From Actinobacteria bacterium HGW-Actinobacteria-2 (GTDB lineage: Bacteria; Actinomycetota; Actinomycetes; Propionibacteriales; Propionibacteriaceae): 64,000 nt of DNA. The stretch's first letter is position 1, and the number at the start of each line of letters is the position of its first letter. This document shows positions 27,182-39,512 of this stretch, one piece after another. The translations under genes and the position numbers were made by a program. Location: positions 33,000 through 96,999 of the forward strand of contig PHEY01000006.1 in NCBI GenBank assembly GCA_002841335.1, given 5' to 3'. The notes under the pieces are model-generated. The model was not told the DNA's origin. It searched no databases and worked only from the letters and a program-made list of their open reading frames with translations.

Positions 27182-28504
27182 CTACGCCACCCAGTCCGGA
27201 CGGACGCCGGTGAGCACCCAGGCCGCCTGACGGGCGGCACCGTCGGCGACGTACTCGCCGGCGGCCGGCACCATCACCGGCACATCGAACAGTTGCTCAG
27301 CGATGATCGGGACGGCCGGATTGGCGGCGGCGCCGCCGATCAGCAGCAGCCGACGCATCGGCGTCCCGCTGGCCCGGATGGCCTCCACGCCGGCGGCTAA
27401 CCCGCCGAGCATGCCCTCCACGGCAGCCCGGGCCAGGTTCGGACGGGTGGTCGAAGCCAGGGTGAGGCCGTCGAGGCTCGCGGTGGCATCGGGCAGGTTC
27501 GGAGTGCGTTCGCCTTCGAAGTACGGCACGAGGTGGAGCCCGCCCGCCCCGGGGGATGCCTGCAGTGCCAGGCGGGCGAGCTCGTCATGGTCGACGCTCA
27601 ACAAGGCGGCGATCACATCCAGGACGCGGGCGGCGTTCAGGGTGCACACCAGCGGCAGGTAGGCGCCGGTGGCGTCGGCGAAGCCGGCGATGATCCCGGT
27701 GGCGTCCGCGCTGGCCTGGGAGGTGCAGGCGAAGACGGTGCCGGAGGTGCCCAGCGAGATCACCACGTCACCGTCGTGAAGGTTCAGCCCGAGCGCGGCG
27801 GCGGCGTTGTCACCGGCGCCGGGTCCCACCAGGAACCCCGGTCCTTCGACGTTTTCGGCGGGGCCGAGCACCCGGGGCAGCCGGACGTCGTGGCCGAGCG
27901 CGCGTACCAGCAGGTCGTGGTCGTAGTCGCCGGTGAACGGCGAGAAGTAGCCGGTGCCGGAGGCGTCGGATCGGTCGGTGACCAGCTCGTCGAAGTCCGG
28001 GCCGAGCGCGGCCTCGGCGGACGGCCCGTAGCCGCGCAGTCGCCAGGTGAGCCAGTCGTGGGGCAGGCAGACGGCGGCCACCCGAGCGGCGTTAGCGGGC
28101 TCGTGATCGCGCAGCCAGCGCAGCTTGGTCACGGTGAACGAGGCCACCGGCACCGAGCCGGTGCGGCGTGCGAACTCCTCGGCGCCCACTTCGGCGATCA
28201 GGTCGGTGGCGGCCTGCGCTGAGCGGGTGTCGTTCCACAGCAGGGCCGGACGGATCACCTCACCGTCGGCGTCAAGGGCGACCAGGCCGTGCTGCTGCCC
28301 GGCGATGCTGACTGCCGCCACGTCGTCCAGCCCGCCGGCCGCGGCGAGCGCGTCGGTCAGGGCCGTCCACCAGTGGTGCGGGGCGACCTCGGTGCCGGCG
28401 GGGTGGGACGCCCGCCCGGAGGAGAGCAGTTCTCCGGTGTGGGCGTCCCGGACGACCACCTTGCAGCTTTGGGTGGAGGAGTCGACGCCGACGACCTTCG
28501 CCAT
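27182..28504 (-). CDS. xylB: xylulokinase
   Basis: 440 aa with the FGGY kinase N-terminus [14 protein letters not shown]. Lies immediately downstream of xylA. Confidence 0.9.
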   Translation of the reverse strand: MAKVVGVDSSTQSCKVVVRDAHTGELLSSGRASHPAGTEVAPHHWWTALTDALAAAGGLDDVAAVSIAGQQHGLVALDADGEVIRPALLWNDTRSAQAATDLIAEVGAEEFARRTGSVPVASFTVTKLRWLRDHEPANAARVAAVCLPHDWLTWRLRGYGPSAEAALGPDFDELVTDRSDASGTGYFSPFTGDYDHDLLVRALGHDVRLPRVLGPAENVEGPGFLVGPGAGDNAAAALGLNLHDGDVVISLGTSGTVFACTSQASADATGIIAGFADATGAYLPLVCTLNAARVLDVIAALLSVDHDELARLALQASPGAGGLHLVPYFEGERTPNLPDATASLDGLTLASTTRPNLARAAVEGMLGGLAAGVEAIRASGTPMRRLLLIGGAAANPAVPIIAEQLFDVPVMVPAAGEYVADGAARQAAWVLTGVRPDWVA

Positions 28505-28511
28505 GGCCGAC

Positions 28512-29702
28512 CTATCGCGCGCCGAGCAGATGCTCGGTGGCCAGCTGCTGCAGGCGGACGAAGCCGAACCCGCGACCGTTGAAGTAGGCGCCGGAGTCGA
28601 AGTCCTCGAACGCCGACCGATCGGCGATCAGCGCGCGGTAATCCTCGCCGGCGGCCAGGGTCGGGGTGGCCAGCTCAGCCACCTTCGCCGCGGCCAGGGC
28701 GGCCTGCACCTCTGGGTCGGCGCGGAACGCCTGGGTGCGCTCCTTGAGCAGCAGGTAGGTGCGCATATTGGCCTGGACGGAATCCCACACACCGGTTTCG
28801 TCCTCGGTGCGCGACGGCTTGTAGTCGAAGTGCCGCATGCCGGTGTAGCTCGGGCCGCCGTTGGGGCCGCCGTTCTCCAGCAGGTCGACCAGTGCGAATG
28901 CGTTGTGCAGGTCGCCGTGGCCGAAGACCAGGTCCTGGTCGTATTTGATGCCGCGCTGGCCGTTGAGGTCGATGTGGAAGAGCTTGCCGTGGTACAGCGC
29001 CTGGGCGATGCCGGCGGCGAAGTTCAGTCCGGCCATCTGCTCGTGGCCGACCTCGGGGTTCAGCCCGACCATCTCGGGGTGTTCGAGGGAGTTGATGAAC
29101 GCCAGCGCGTGGCCGACGGTCGGCAGCAGGATGTCGCCGCGGGGCTCGTTGGGCTTGGGTTCGATGGCGAACTTCAGGTCGTAGCCGGCGTCCAGGACGT
29201 ACTGGCTGAGCAGGTTGACCGCTTCGCGGTACCGCTCGAGCGCGGAGCGGATGTCCTTGGCGGCGTCGTACTCCGCACCTTCGCGGCCACCCCACATCAC
29301 GAAGACGTGGGCGCCGACCTCCATGGCCAGGTCGATGTTGCGCAGCACTTTGCGCAATGCGAAGCGGCGTACCCCGCGGTCGTTGGAGGTGAAGCCGCCG
29401 TCCTTGAAGACCGGCTGGCTGAACAGGTTGGTGGTGATCATCGGCACTTTCAGCCCGGTGGCCTCGCAGGCCGCTTTCAGCCGGTCGATCTGGGTGCGCC
29501 GTTCAGCCTCGCTCGCTCCGAAGGTGAACAGATCGTCGTCATGGAAGGTGAGGCCGTAGGCGCCGTAGGAGGCAAGTTTCTCCACCACATGCACGACATC
29601 CAGCGGTGCGCGGGTCGGGCCGCCGAACGGGTCGGCACCGCTGTAGCCGACCGTCCACAGGCCGAAGGTGAACTGATCCGAAGGGGACGGTGACGGGGAC
29701 AC
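28512..29702 (-). CDS. xylA: xylose isomerase
   Basis: Actinobacterial-type XylA with [14 protein letters not shown] and WGGREG. GTG 29702 was chosen by alignment logic to the short-type XylA N-terminus. The ORF extension to 29846 is unlikely. Confidence 0.9.
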   Translation of the reverse strand: MSPSPSPSDQFTFGLWTVGYSGADPFGGPTRAPLDVVHVVEKLASYGAYGLTFHDDDLFTFGASEAERRTQIDRLKAACEATGLKVPMITTNLFSQPVFKDGGFTSNDRGVRRFALRKVLRNIDLAMEVGAHVFVMWGGREGAEYDAAKDIRSALERYREAVNLLSQYVLDAGYDLKFAIEPKPNEPRGDILLPTVGHALAFINSLEHPEMVGLNPEVGHEQMAGLNFAAGIAQALYHGKLFHIDLNGQRGIKYDQDLVFGHGDLHNAFALVDLLENGGPNGGPSYTGMRHFDYKPSRTEDETGVWDSVQANMRTYLLLKERTQAFRADPEVQAALAAAKVAELATPTLAAGEDYRALIADRSAFEDFDSGAYFNGRGFGFVRLQQLATEHLLGAR

Positions 29703-29733
29703 GGGAGGATCCAATCTGCTCAACGCTGGGCGA

Positions 29734-29752
29734 ATGTTGTCGAACACAACAT
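29734..29752. promoter_or_regulatory. inverted repeat ATGTTGT-N5-ACAACAT, candidate ROK/XylR operator
   Basis: A perfect 7-bp-arm palindrome lies 32 nt upstream of the xylA start. The ATGTTGT core recurs at 29913-29919 upstream of the transporter operon. Confidence 0.35.
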
Positions 29753-30022
29753 AGATCACGTTTGGACGGACTGTCCACCGGTCAGGTGACTGAATTTCGG
29801 AGTCAAGTCCGCCTGTCTGCCGATGGTGGACGCGCCGGGTCTGCAACTTACCCCAAACCCCGTTACGGAATCGTTATGCAAGGCCTGCTTGTGGCGCCCA
29901 CTCCCACCCCGTATGTTGTGGAATCAAACAAAGGGACCGAGTCTGGTCTCCCGGCTCGCAGGGCACAGCGACGAAGTGCGCCCGGGTGAGCGCGTAGCGA
30001 CAGAATTCAGAGAGGAATAGTT

Positions 30023-31126
30023 ATGTCGCAGATGTCCCGAATCATCGCCCTCGTGGCGGCGGGAGCTTTGGCAGTGACAATGAGCGCCTGTAGTTCCGGT
30101 GGTACGGCCGGCGCGGGCGGCGCATGCAATGTGGGCATCACGATGCCGACGCGCAGTCTGGAGCGCTGGATCAACGACGGCGAGCAGCTGCAGAAGAAGC
30201 TCAAGGACGCCGGTTGCACCGTCGACCTGCAGTACGCCGACAACAAGGTCGACCAGCAGATCAGCCAGCTGCAGAACCAGATCGCCGGCGGCGCCAAGAT
30301 CTTGGTGATCGCCTCCATCGACGGCACCGCGCTGGGCCCGGTCCTGGACCAGGCCGGCAAGCAGGGCATCAAGGTGATCGCTTACGACCGCCTGATCAAC
30401 AAGAGCCCGAACGTCGACTACTACGCCACCTTCGACAACTACAAAGTCGGCCAGCTGCAGGGCAACTTCCTGAAGGATCAGCTGAAGCTCGACTCGGCCA
30501 AGGGCCCGATCAACTTCGAACCCTTCGCCGGTAGCCCCGACGACAACAACGCCAAGTTCTTCTTCTCCGGCGCCTGGGATGTTCTGCTTCCCTACGTCGA
30601 GAAGGGCACCCTGGTTGTTCCCAGTGGCAAGTCGCCGAAGTCGGACGCGGAGTGGGCCAGCATCGGCATCCAGTCCTGGCAGTCCGACAAGGCTCAGGCC
30701 GAGATGGACAACCGGCTGTCGTCCAACTACGGCAACAAGAAGGTTCAGGCCGTCCTGTCGCCCAACGATTCGCTGGCGCTGGGTATCGAGGCTTCGCTGA
30801 AGTCGGCCGGCTACAAGGTCGGCACCGACTGGCCGCTGATCACCGGTCAGGACGGCGACAAGGCCAACGTGAAGGCGATTCTGGCAGGCGAGCAGTCGAT
30901 GACCGTCTGGAAGGACACCCGCAAGCTGGGTGACCAGGTGTTCAAGATGATCCAGCAGATCGCCAAGGGCGAGAAGGTCGAGGTCAACGATGAGAAGACC
31001 TACGACAACGGTGTGAAGGTCGTTCCTTCCTACCTGCTCGAGCCTGAGGTCGTCACCAAGGATCTGGTCCAGAGCAAGCTGATCGACTCCGGCTTCCTGA
31101 AGGCCTCCGACGTGGGTCTGGGCTGA
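30023..31126 (+). CDS. sugar (xylose/multiple-sugar) ABC transporter substrate-binding lipoprotein
   Basis: Lipobox TMSACSS. ChvE/XylF-like periplasmic binding protein. Confidence 0.85.
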   Translation: MSQMSRIIALVAAGALAVTMSACSSGGTAGAGGACNVGITMPTRSLERWINDGEQLQKKLKDAGCTVDLQYADNKVDQQISQLQNQIAGGAKILVIASIDGTALGPVLDQAGKQGIKVIAYDRLINKSPNVDYYATFDNYKVGQLQGNFLKDQLKLDSAKGPINFEPFAGSPDDNNAKFFFSGAWDVLLPYVEKGTLVVPSGKSPKSDAEWASIGIQSWQSDKAQAEMDNRLSSNYGNKKVQAVLSPNDSLALGIEASLKSAGYKVGTDWPLITGQDGDKANVKAILAGEQSMTVWKDTRKLGDQVFKMIQQIAKGEKVEVNDEKTYDNGVKVVPSYLLEPEVVTKDLVQSKLIDSGFLKASDVGLG

Positions 31127-31195
31127 GTCACTGCGGTGGGGCGGACGAGTTCCGCCCCACCGTCTGACCCCTATCCAGCCGAGCAGAGGTAGAGC

Positions 31196-32740
31196 ATGAC
31201 TGGCAATGACGCCATCCTGCGGATGCAGGACATCATCAAAGACTTCAACGGGGTCCGCGCCCTCGATCAGGTGACTCTTGAGGTCTCCCGAGGCGAAGTA
31301 CACGCCATCTGTGGCGAGAACGGCGCGGGCAAGTCCACCCTGATGAAGGTGCTCAGCGGGGTCTACCCCCACGGGACCTACTCCGGGACGATCGAGTTCG
31401 ACGGCGCCGAGGCGACCTTCTCCGACATCAAGTCGAGTGAGGCCGCCGGAATCGTGATCATTCATCAGGAGCTGGCGCTGAACCCGCTCCAATCGATCGC
31501 CGAGAACATCTTCCTCGGCAACGAACGCGCCACTCGCGGCGTCATCGACTGGGATCGCACCGCCCTGGAGGCGTCCGTGCTCCTGGAGAAGGTGGGGCTG
31601 CAGGAGAACCCGGCGACCAGAGTGTTCGAGCTCGGCGTGGGCAAACAGCAACTGGTCGAGATCGCCAAGGCCATGGCCAAGGACGTCTCGCTGCTGATCC
31701 TCGACGAGCCGACCGCCGCCCTCAACGATGAGGACTCCGACCATCTCCTCGACCTGATCAGCGGCATGCGTGACCACGGCATCACCTGCATCCTGATCTC
31801 ACACAAGCTGCGCGAAGTGCGCCGGATCGCCGACCGGGTCACCGTGATCCGCGACGGTCGCACCATCGAGACCATCGACATGTCCGAGCCGTCGGCCACC
31901 GAGGGCCGGATCATCAAGGCGATGGTGGGTCGCGAGCTGAACAACCTGTTCCCGGTGCACGAGACCGTCATCGGCGAGGAGCGTTTCCGGGTCGAGGACT
32001 GGACCGTCCATCACCCCGTCGACACCGGTCGGGTGGTCGTCGACCACGCCACCTTCTCCGTCCGGGCCGGCGAGATCGTCGGCTTCGCCGGACTGATGGG
32101 GGCCGGACGCACCGAGCTGGCGATGAGCGTGTTCGGCCGGCTGTGGGGCACCAACGTCTCCGGTCACGTCTTCAAGGACGGGGTGGAGATCAGCACCTCC
32201 ACCGTGGATGAGGCCGTCGCCAACGGCATCGCCTATGTCACCGAGGACCGCAAGCGCTACGGGTTGAACCTGATCGGCTCGATCTCGTCCAACATCTCCG
32301 CGGTCGCGTTGGCCAAGTTCGCCCGCTGGGGCGTGATCGACCGCAACCGCGAGTACCTCACCGCCGACGAGTACCGCCTGAGCATGAACATCAAGACCCC
32401 CTCGATCTCGGAGGTGGTCGGACGGCTGTCCGGCGGCAATCAGCAGAAGGTCGTCCTCAGCAAATGGCTGGTCTCCGGGCCCGACGTGCTGATCCTGGAC
32501 GAGCCGACCCGCGGCATCGACGTGGGCGCCAAGTACGAGATCTACACCCTGATCAACGAGCTCGCCGACCAGGGCAAAGCGATCGTCTTCATCTCCTCCG
32601 AGCTGCCCGAGCTGATCGGCATGTGCGACCGGATCTACACCATCTCCGAAGGGGCCGTCACCGGTGACGTCCCGCGTGCAGAGGTCACGCCAGAACACCT
32701 CATGTACCTGATGACCATGGGAAAGGAAGCTCTGCGATGA
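31196..32740 (+). CDS. sugar ABC transporter ATP-binding protein (two NBDs, XylG/GguA-like)
   Basis: GENGAGKST, ILDEPTAAL, LSGGNQQK and ILDEPTRGID. 514 aa and intact, unlike 398-1860. Confidence 0.9.
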   Translation: MTGNDAILRMQDIIKDFNGVRALDQVTLEVSRGEVHAICGENGAGKSTLMKVLSGVYPHGTYSGTIEFDGAEATFSDIKSSEAAGIVIIHQELALNPLQSIAENIFLGNERATRGVIDWDRTALEASVLLEKVGLQENPATRVFELGVGKQQLVEIAKAMAKDVSLLILDEPTAALNDEDSDHLLDLISGMRDHGITCILISHKLREVRRIADRVTVIRDGRTIETIDMSEPSATEGRIIKAMVGRELNNLFPVHETVIGEERFRVEDWTVHHPVDTGRVVVDHATFSVRAGEIVGFAGLMGAGRTELAMSVFGRLWGTNVSGHVFKDGVEISTSTVDEAVANGIAYVTEDRKRYGLNLIGSISSNISAVALAKFARWGVIDRNREYLTADEYRLSMNIKTPSISEVVGRLSGGNQQKVVLSKWLVSGPDVLILDEPTRGIDVGAKYEIYTLINELADQGKAIVFISSELPELIGMCDRIYTISEGAVTGDVPRAEVTPEHLMYLMTMGKEALR

Positions 32741-33942
32741 GCACGACGAGCACCACCGAACCGTCTCCGGTGGCAACTGCCCCCAGCCGCCGGCTGGCCG
32801 TCGATTTCCGGCAGTACGGGATCCTCGCAGCACTGGTGATCATCATCGTGCTGTTCGAGATCTTCACCGGCGGACGCCTGCTGATGCCGGGCAATGTGAA
32901 CAACCTCATCCAGCAGAACGCGTACGTGCTGATCCTGGCGATCGGCATGGTGATGGTGATCATCGCCGGCCACATCGACCTGTCAGTCGGCTCGGTGGTG
33001 GCGATGGTCGGCGCCGTGGCCGGGCTGGCGATGGGGCAATGGGGACTGCCGTGGTGGCTGGGGTGCCTGCTCGCGCTGCTGGTCGGTGCCCTGGTGGGTG
33101 CCTGGCAGGGCTTCTGGGTGGCCTATATCGGGGTGCCGGCGTTCATCGTGACCCTGGCCGGCATGCTGTTCTTCCGCGGCCTGACCCTGGTGCTGCTCAC
33201 CGGGGGCACCATCGGCGGCCTGCCGGCCCCGTTCGTGGCGATCGGTGCGGGTTGGCTGCCCGGCATCCTGGGCACCATCGGACGCACCGACGTCCTCACC
33301 ATGGTGCTGGGGCTGGTCGCCTGCGCGCTGCTGGTGTTCTTCCAGGCCCGAGCACGGGCCAACCGTCGCCGGCTGGACCTGCCCATCGAGGGTGCGGTGT
33401 CGTTCTGGCTGAAGCTGGTGATCGCGGTGCTGGCAACCCTCGGTGTGTGCTGGCAGCTGGCCAACTACTCCGGGACGCCGATCGTGCTGGTGATCCTGGC
33501 GGTGCTGGTGCTGGCCTACAACTTCGTGCTCAACCGTTCGGTGTTCGGACGCCACGTCTACGCCATGGGCGGCAACCTGTTCGCCGCGGTGATGAGCGGG
33601 GTGAAGACCCGCCGGGTGAACTTCGCGCTGTTCGTGAACATCGGGATGCTGGCCGCAGTTGCCGGCCTGGTGAGTACCGCGCGTGCCGGGAGTGCGGTGG
33701 CATCGGCCGGCCAGAACTACGAGCTGGACGCGATCGCTGCGGTCTTCATCGGTGGCGCGGCCGTCCAAGGTGGCGTGGGGACGGTGACCGGCGCCATGAT
33801 CGGCGGCCTGGTGATGGGCGTGCTGAACATGGGCCTGTCGATCCTGTCGGTCGATGCCGCGTGGCAGATGGCGATCAAGGGATTGGTCCTGCTCTTGGCG
33901 GTAGCCTTCGACCTGATCAATAAGCGGCGCGGCGGTCGCTAG
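32737..33942 (+). CDS. sugar ABC transporter permease (XylH/GguB-like)
   Basis: 401 aa and multi-TM. Contains GHIDLSVGS. Overlaps the ATPase stop. Confidence 0.9.
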   Translation: MSTTSTTEPSPVATAPSRRLAVDFRQYGILAALVIIIVLFEIFTGGRLLMPGNVNNLIQQNAYVLILAIGMVMVIIAGHIDLSVGSVVAMVGAVAGLAMGQWGLPWWLGCLLALLVGALVGAWQGFWVAYIGVPAFIVTLAGMLFFRGLTLVLLTGGTIGGLPAPFVAIGAGWLPGILGTIGRTDVLTMVLGLVACALLVFFQARARANRRRLDLPIEGAVSFWLKLVIAVLATLGVCWQLANYSGTPIVLVILAVLVLAYNFVLNRSVFGRHVYAMGGNLFAAVMSGVKTRRVNFALFVNIGMLAAVAGLVSTARAGSAVASAGQNYELDAIAAVFIGGAAVQGGVGTVTGAMIGGLVMGVLNMGLSILSVDAAWQMAIKGLVLLLAVAFDLINKRRGGR

Positions 33943-33989
33943 ACCTGTTGGGGCGGGTCAGATCCGCCGCCAGAAGGAAGGCAGGTCCG

Positions 33990-35168
33990 ATGCCGACGGC
34001 GACCACCGAAGGGGTGCGGCGCAACAACCTTGCGGCCACTCTCGGCATCCTCTACCGCCACGGACCGACCTCGCGCGCGGTGCTGGGTAAACGCACCGGA
34101 CGCAACCGCTCGACGATCGGCAGCCTGGTCACCGACCTGGTCGAACTCGGCCTGGTGGTCGAACAGGATCCCGGCTCGATCGGGCAGATCGGTCGACCCA
34201 GCCCGATCGTGACCCTGCGTCCCGAAGTGGTGGCGATCGCGGTCAACCCCGAGATCGACGCGCTGACCATCGGCCTGGTCGGCTTGGACGGCGCGGTGCG
34301 GCGGGTCATCCGGCACGAGTACGAGCGCATCCCGACCGCCTCGGAGGTGCTCAGCATCACCAGCGCGGTGATCTCCGGCATGGCGGTGGAGTTGGCGGAC
34401 TTGGCGGTGGTGGGCATCGGGGTGGCCGTCCCGGGCCAGGTGCGGACGGTGGACGGTGTCGTCCGCAACGCCCCGCACCTCGGCTGGCACGACGAAGCCT
34501 TCGGCGAACCTCTGGCCAGATTGACCGGCTACCCAGTCGCGGTGGCCAACGACGCCGCCCTGGGTGCGCTCGCCGAGCACGAGTTCGGAGTGGGTCGCGA
34601 CCACGAGAACCTGGTCTACGTCAACGGTGGCGCCTCCGGGATCGGCGGCGGCGTGATCGTGGCCGGACGCCTGTTGGGCGGGGCATCGGGCTACGCCGGA
34701 GAGCTGGGCCACGTCCGGGTCTCCAGCTCTGAGGCTCGCGACTCGGCCGGCATCGCCGGCACCCTGGAGGCCGAGGTCACCCGCGCCGAACTGGCCGAGG
34801 TGCTCGGATTGACCCGGGTGGCGCCGGACGAGTTCGACGCCGCACTCCTGGCCGATCGGTCCGCGGCGGTCGCTGCGGTGGTGGCGCGGCAGACCCGCCA
34901 GCTGGGCACTGCCTTGGCCGCGGCGATCAACCTGTTCAACCCCGAGGTGATCGCCCTCGGCGGCTTCCTTGCCGCCCTGCAGGCCTACGATCCGGACGCC
35001 CTGGAGCAGGCGGTGTCGGCCGACACGCTCGCGCCGTCCCTGGAAGGGGTTCGAATCACTCCGGCCGCCCTGGGAACCGACCTGCTGATGATCGGGGCTG
35101 CCGGGCTGGCATTCGGTCCGCTGCTGGCCGATCCGGCCTCGATCGGCGGCTGGGCGCGGTCGGCGTAG
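33990..35168 (+). CDS. ROK-family transcriptional regulator (XylR-like)
   Basis: ATG 33990 follows GAAGGAAGG. An N-terminal wHTH is followed by a ROK sugar-kinase-like domain (GGASGIGGGVIVAGRLLGGASGYAGELGH). Confidence 0.8.
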   Translation: MPTATTEGVRRNNLAATLGILYRHGPTSRAVLGKRTGRNRSTIGSLVTDLVELGLVVEQDPGSIGQIGRPSPIVTLRPEVVAIAVNPEIDALTIGLVGLDGAVRRVIRHEYERIPTASEVLSITSAVISGMAVELADLAVVGIGVAVPGQVRTVDGVVRNAPHLGWHDEAFGEPLARLTGYPVAVANDAALGALAEHEFGVGRDHENLVYVNGGASGIGGGVIVAGRLLGGASGYAGELGHVRVSSSEARDSAGIAGTLEAEVTRAELAEVLGLTRVAPDEFDAALLADRSAAVAAVVARQTRQLGTALAAAINLFNPEVIALGGFLAALQAYDPDALEQAVSADTLAPSLEGVRITPAALGTDLLMIGAAGLAFGPLLADPASIGGWARSA

Positions 35169-35178
35169 GGAGGCTGTG

Positions 35179-35475
35179 ATGCTGGAGTTCTCCTTCATCG
35201 CCACGCTGTGGATGAGTAGCGGGCAGGGCGCGTGGCATTTCGTCACGGTTCCGCTGGACTTCACCGAGCCGCTGCGTGCCGCCGGCGGGCCCCGGGCCGG
35301 GTTCGGCGCGGTGCCGGTGACCGCCCAGCTCGGGCAGGTCGTGTGGAAGACCTCGGTGTTCCCCGACGCCTCCAGCGGATGCTTCTTCCTTCCGGTCAAG
35401 CGGGCGGTGCGCGAGCGCAACGACGTCGAAGCCGGTGACGAGGTGGCGGTGACCCTGCGGGTCGTGATGGCCTGA
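35179..35475 (+). CDS. DUF1905-like small protein
   Basis: 98 aa. RBS GGGAGG at 35168-35173. Contains W.FVTVP ... FLPVKRAVRE. Confidence 0.55.
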   Translation: MLEFSFIATLWMSSGQGAWHFVTVPLDFTEPLRAAGGPRAGFGAVPVTAQLGQVVWKTSVFPDASSGCFFLPVKRAVRERNDVEAGDEVAVTLRVVMA

Positions 35476-35495
35476 CCGGGAGCGGGCGGCCGCGG

Positions 35496-36239
35496 TCAGC
35501 GCAGCCGTTCGGCGATCACGTCGGTGGTGGCTTGGAGGTGTTCCACCACGGTGGCGAGGTCCACTTCCAGCGGGGTCTGCCAGGTGACGGCCACGGCGGC
35601 CAGGTTAGCCGCCGACGCGATCGGAATGGCAATCGAGGCGAACCCGGGGGTGACTTCGGAATCCTCGTCGGCGTAGCCGTTGCGGCGTGCCGCGGCCAGG
35701 GTCGGACGCAGCTCCGCCAGCGATCGCGGCCCCACCTCGGTACGCCGGACGAGTTCGCGTCCGGTGGGGAACACGGCCCGCAATTGGGCCGCTGACATGG
35801 TGCTCAGGATGGCTCGACCGGACGCGGTCAGGTGTGCGGGCAGCCGCACCCCGACATCGGTGACCAGTCGCGCCCGCCCCTTGGCGCGTTCCTCGACCAC
35901 ATAGACCACATCTGCGCCGTGCAGCACTGCCAGGTGCGCCGACAACCCGAGCGCGTCGACCAGCCGGGCGATCGGCAGTCGTCCCAGCCGAGCCAGCGGA
36001 TCGGCCCGGGTGTAGCCCTGGCCGACCTCCCAGGCGGCAACGCCGACGCCCCAGGAGCGGTCCTCGGGGTAGTGGACGACGAACGACTCGGCGGCCATCG
36101 CGGTCAGCAGGTGGTAGGTCGACGACCGCGGCAGCCCGATCTCGGTGGCGATCAGCGCGGCGGGAACCGGGGTGGTGCGCTGAGCCAGGAAGCGCAGCAC
36201 GCGCAGCGCTGAGGTGGCTGCCGGGACCGCGCGCGTCAT
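35496..36239 (-). CDS. IclR-family transcriptional regulator
   Basis: 247 aa from ATG 36239. wHTH is IATEIGLPRSSTYHLL, followed by an IclR effector domain. Divergent from hutH. The rest of the 795-aa ORF is antisense to hutH. Confidence 0.85.
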   Translation of the reverse strand: MTRAVPAATSALRVLRFLAQRTTPVPAALIATEIGLPRSSTYHLLTAMAAESFVVHYPEDRSWGVGVAAWEVGQGYTRADPLARLGRLPIARLVDALGLSAHLAVLHGADVVYVVEERAKGRARLVTDVGVRLPAHLTASGRAILSTMSAAQLRAVFPTGRELVRRTEVGPRSLAELRPTLAAARRNGYADEDSEVTPGFASIAIPIASAANLAAVAVTWQTPLEVDLATVVEHLQATTDVIAERLR

Positions 36240-36317
36240 GGGGTAAGTCTCGCATACGAGACAGGAATTGGGCCGCGCTACTGGCGTCCGATCGGTGTCC
36301 GCAGGCTCAATGGAAGG

Positions 36318-37858
36318 GTGAGTCAGATTGTGATCGGAACCGGGCCGCTCACCCGGGCAGAAGTTGTGGCGGTCGCTCGATACGGCGCCGAGGTGCGGCT
36401 GTCGGACGCCGCAGTGCAGGCGTTGGCCGCCTCCCGGGCACGGGTGGACGCGCTGGCCGCCGAAGCCGATGGCATCTACGGGGTCTCCACCGGCTTCGGA
36501 GCCCTGGCCAACCGCAGCATTCCGGCCGGCGAACGCGCCCGCCTGCAGCGCAGCCTGATCCGCTCCCACGCCGCCGGTAACGGTGCGCTGGTCGAGCCGG
36601 AGGTCGTCCGTGGACTGATGCTGCTGCGCATCGCCACCCTGGCCAAGGGCTACTCCGGCGTCCAGCCGGCCACCGCCGAGGCGTATGTGGCGCTGCTCAA
36701 CTCCGGGCTGATCCCGGTGGTGCACGAGTACGGCAGCCTGGGCTGCTCCGGCGATCTGGCACCGCTGGCGCACTGCGCGCTGGTGCTGATCGGCGAAGGG
36801 GAGGTGCTTGACCACGGACGGCGCCGTCCGGCCGCCGATGCGCTGGCCGAGCGCGGGCTGACCCCGGTCGTCCTGGCCGAGAAGGAAGGCCTGGCGCTGA
36901 TCAACGGCACCGACGGCATGCTCGCCCACCTGGTGCTCGCACTGGCCGACCTGGAGTCGCTGCTGGACGCCGCCGACCTGGCGGCCGCCCTCAGCGTCGA
37001 AGGCCAACTGGCCACTGACAAGGTGTTCGCCGCCGATCTGATGGCGCTGCGTCCGCAAGTCGGGCAGGCGACGTCGGCGGCCAACCTGCGCCACCTGCTG
37101 GCGGGCTCGCCGATCGTGGACAGCCACCGGGTCGGTGACGGGGTCGTCCAGGACGCCTACTCGCTGCGCTGCAGTCCGCAGGTGCACGGCAGCCTGCGCG
37201 ACGCGGTCGACTTCGCCGTCACCATCGCCGAGCGCGAACTGGCCTCGGCCATCGACAACCCGTCGGTGCTCGCCGACGGTCGGGTCTCCTCGCACGGCAA
37301 CTTCCACGGCGCTCCGCTGGCGCACGTCCTGGACTTCCTGGCGATCGGGGTGGCCGACGTGGCCAGCATCTCCGAGCGCCGCACCGACCGCTTCCTGGAC
37401 GCCCACCGCAGCCGCGGCCTGCCGCCGTTCCTGGCCGACGACCCGGGCATCGACTCGGGTCTGATGATCGCCCAGTACACCCAGGCCGGGATCACCTCCC
37501 GGCTGAAGCAACTGGCCGCACCGGCCAGCGTGGACTCGATCCCGTCCAGTGCGCTGCAGGAGGACCACGTCTCGATGGGCTGGAACGCTGCCCGCAAGCT
37601 GCGCCAAGCCGTCGACGGGCTGGCCCGAGTGCTGGCCATCGAGATCCTCACTGCCGCCCGCGGCATCGACCTGCGCAGCCCGCTGCAGCCCGGACGTCCG
37701 ACCGGTGCGGCGATCGCCGCCCTGCGTGAGCAGGTCGCCGGCCCCGGCCCCGACCGCTTCCTTGCCCCCGACATCGAGGCCGCCTACCAACTGGTCGCCT
37801 CCGGCGCCCTGGTGGCCGCCGCCTACTCCGAGATCCCCGCTGAAGAAGAGGACCTGGC

Positions 37859-37862
<4 letters not shown>
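36318..37862 (+). CDS. hutH: histidine ammonia-lyase
   Basis: 514 aa. The MIO region reads [20 protein letters not shown] family blocks are present throughout. Confidence 0.9.
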
Positions 37863-39511
<1,649 letters not shown>

Positions 39512-39512
39512 C

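Noticed and set aside
28125-29693. 522-aa plus-strand ORF
   Set aside because: It is antisense to xylB and xylA, both of which are unmistakable.
29703-29846. N-terminal 48-aa extension of xylA
   Set aside because: Short-type XylA proteins begin a few residues before FTFGLWTVG. The extension would overlap the candidate operator/promoter region.
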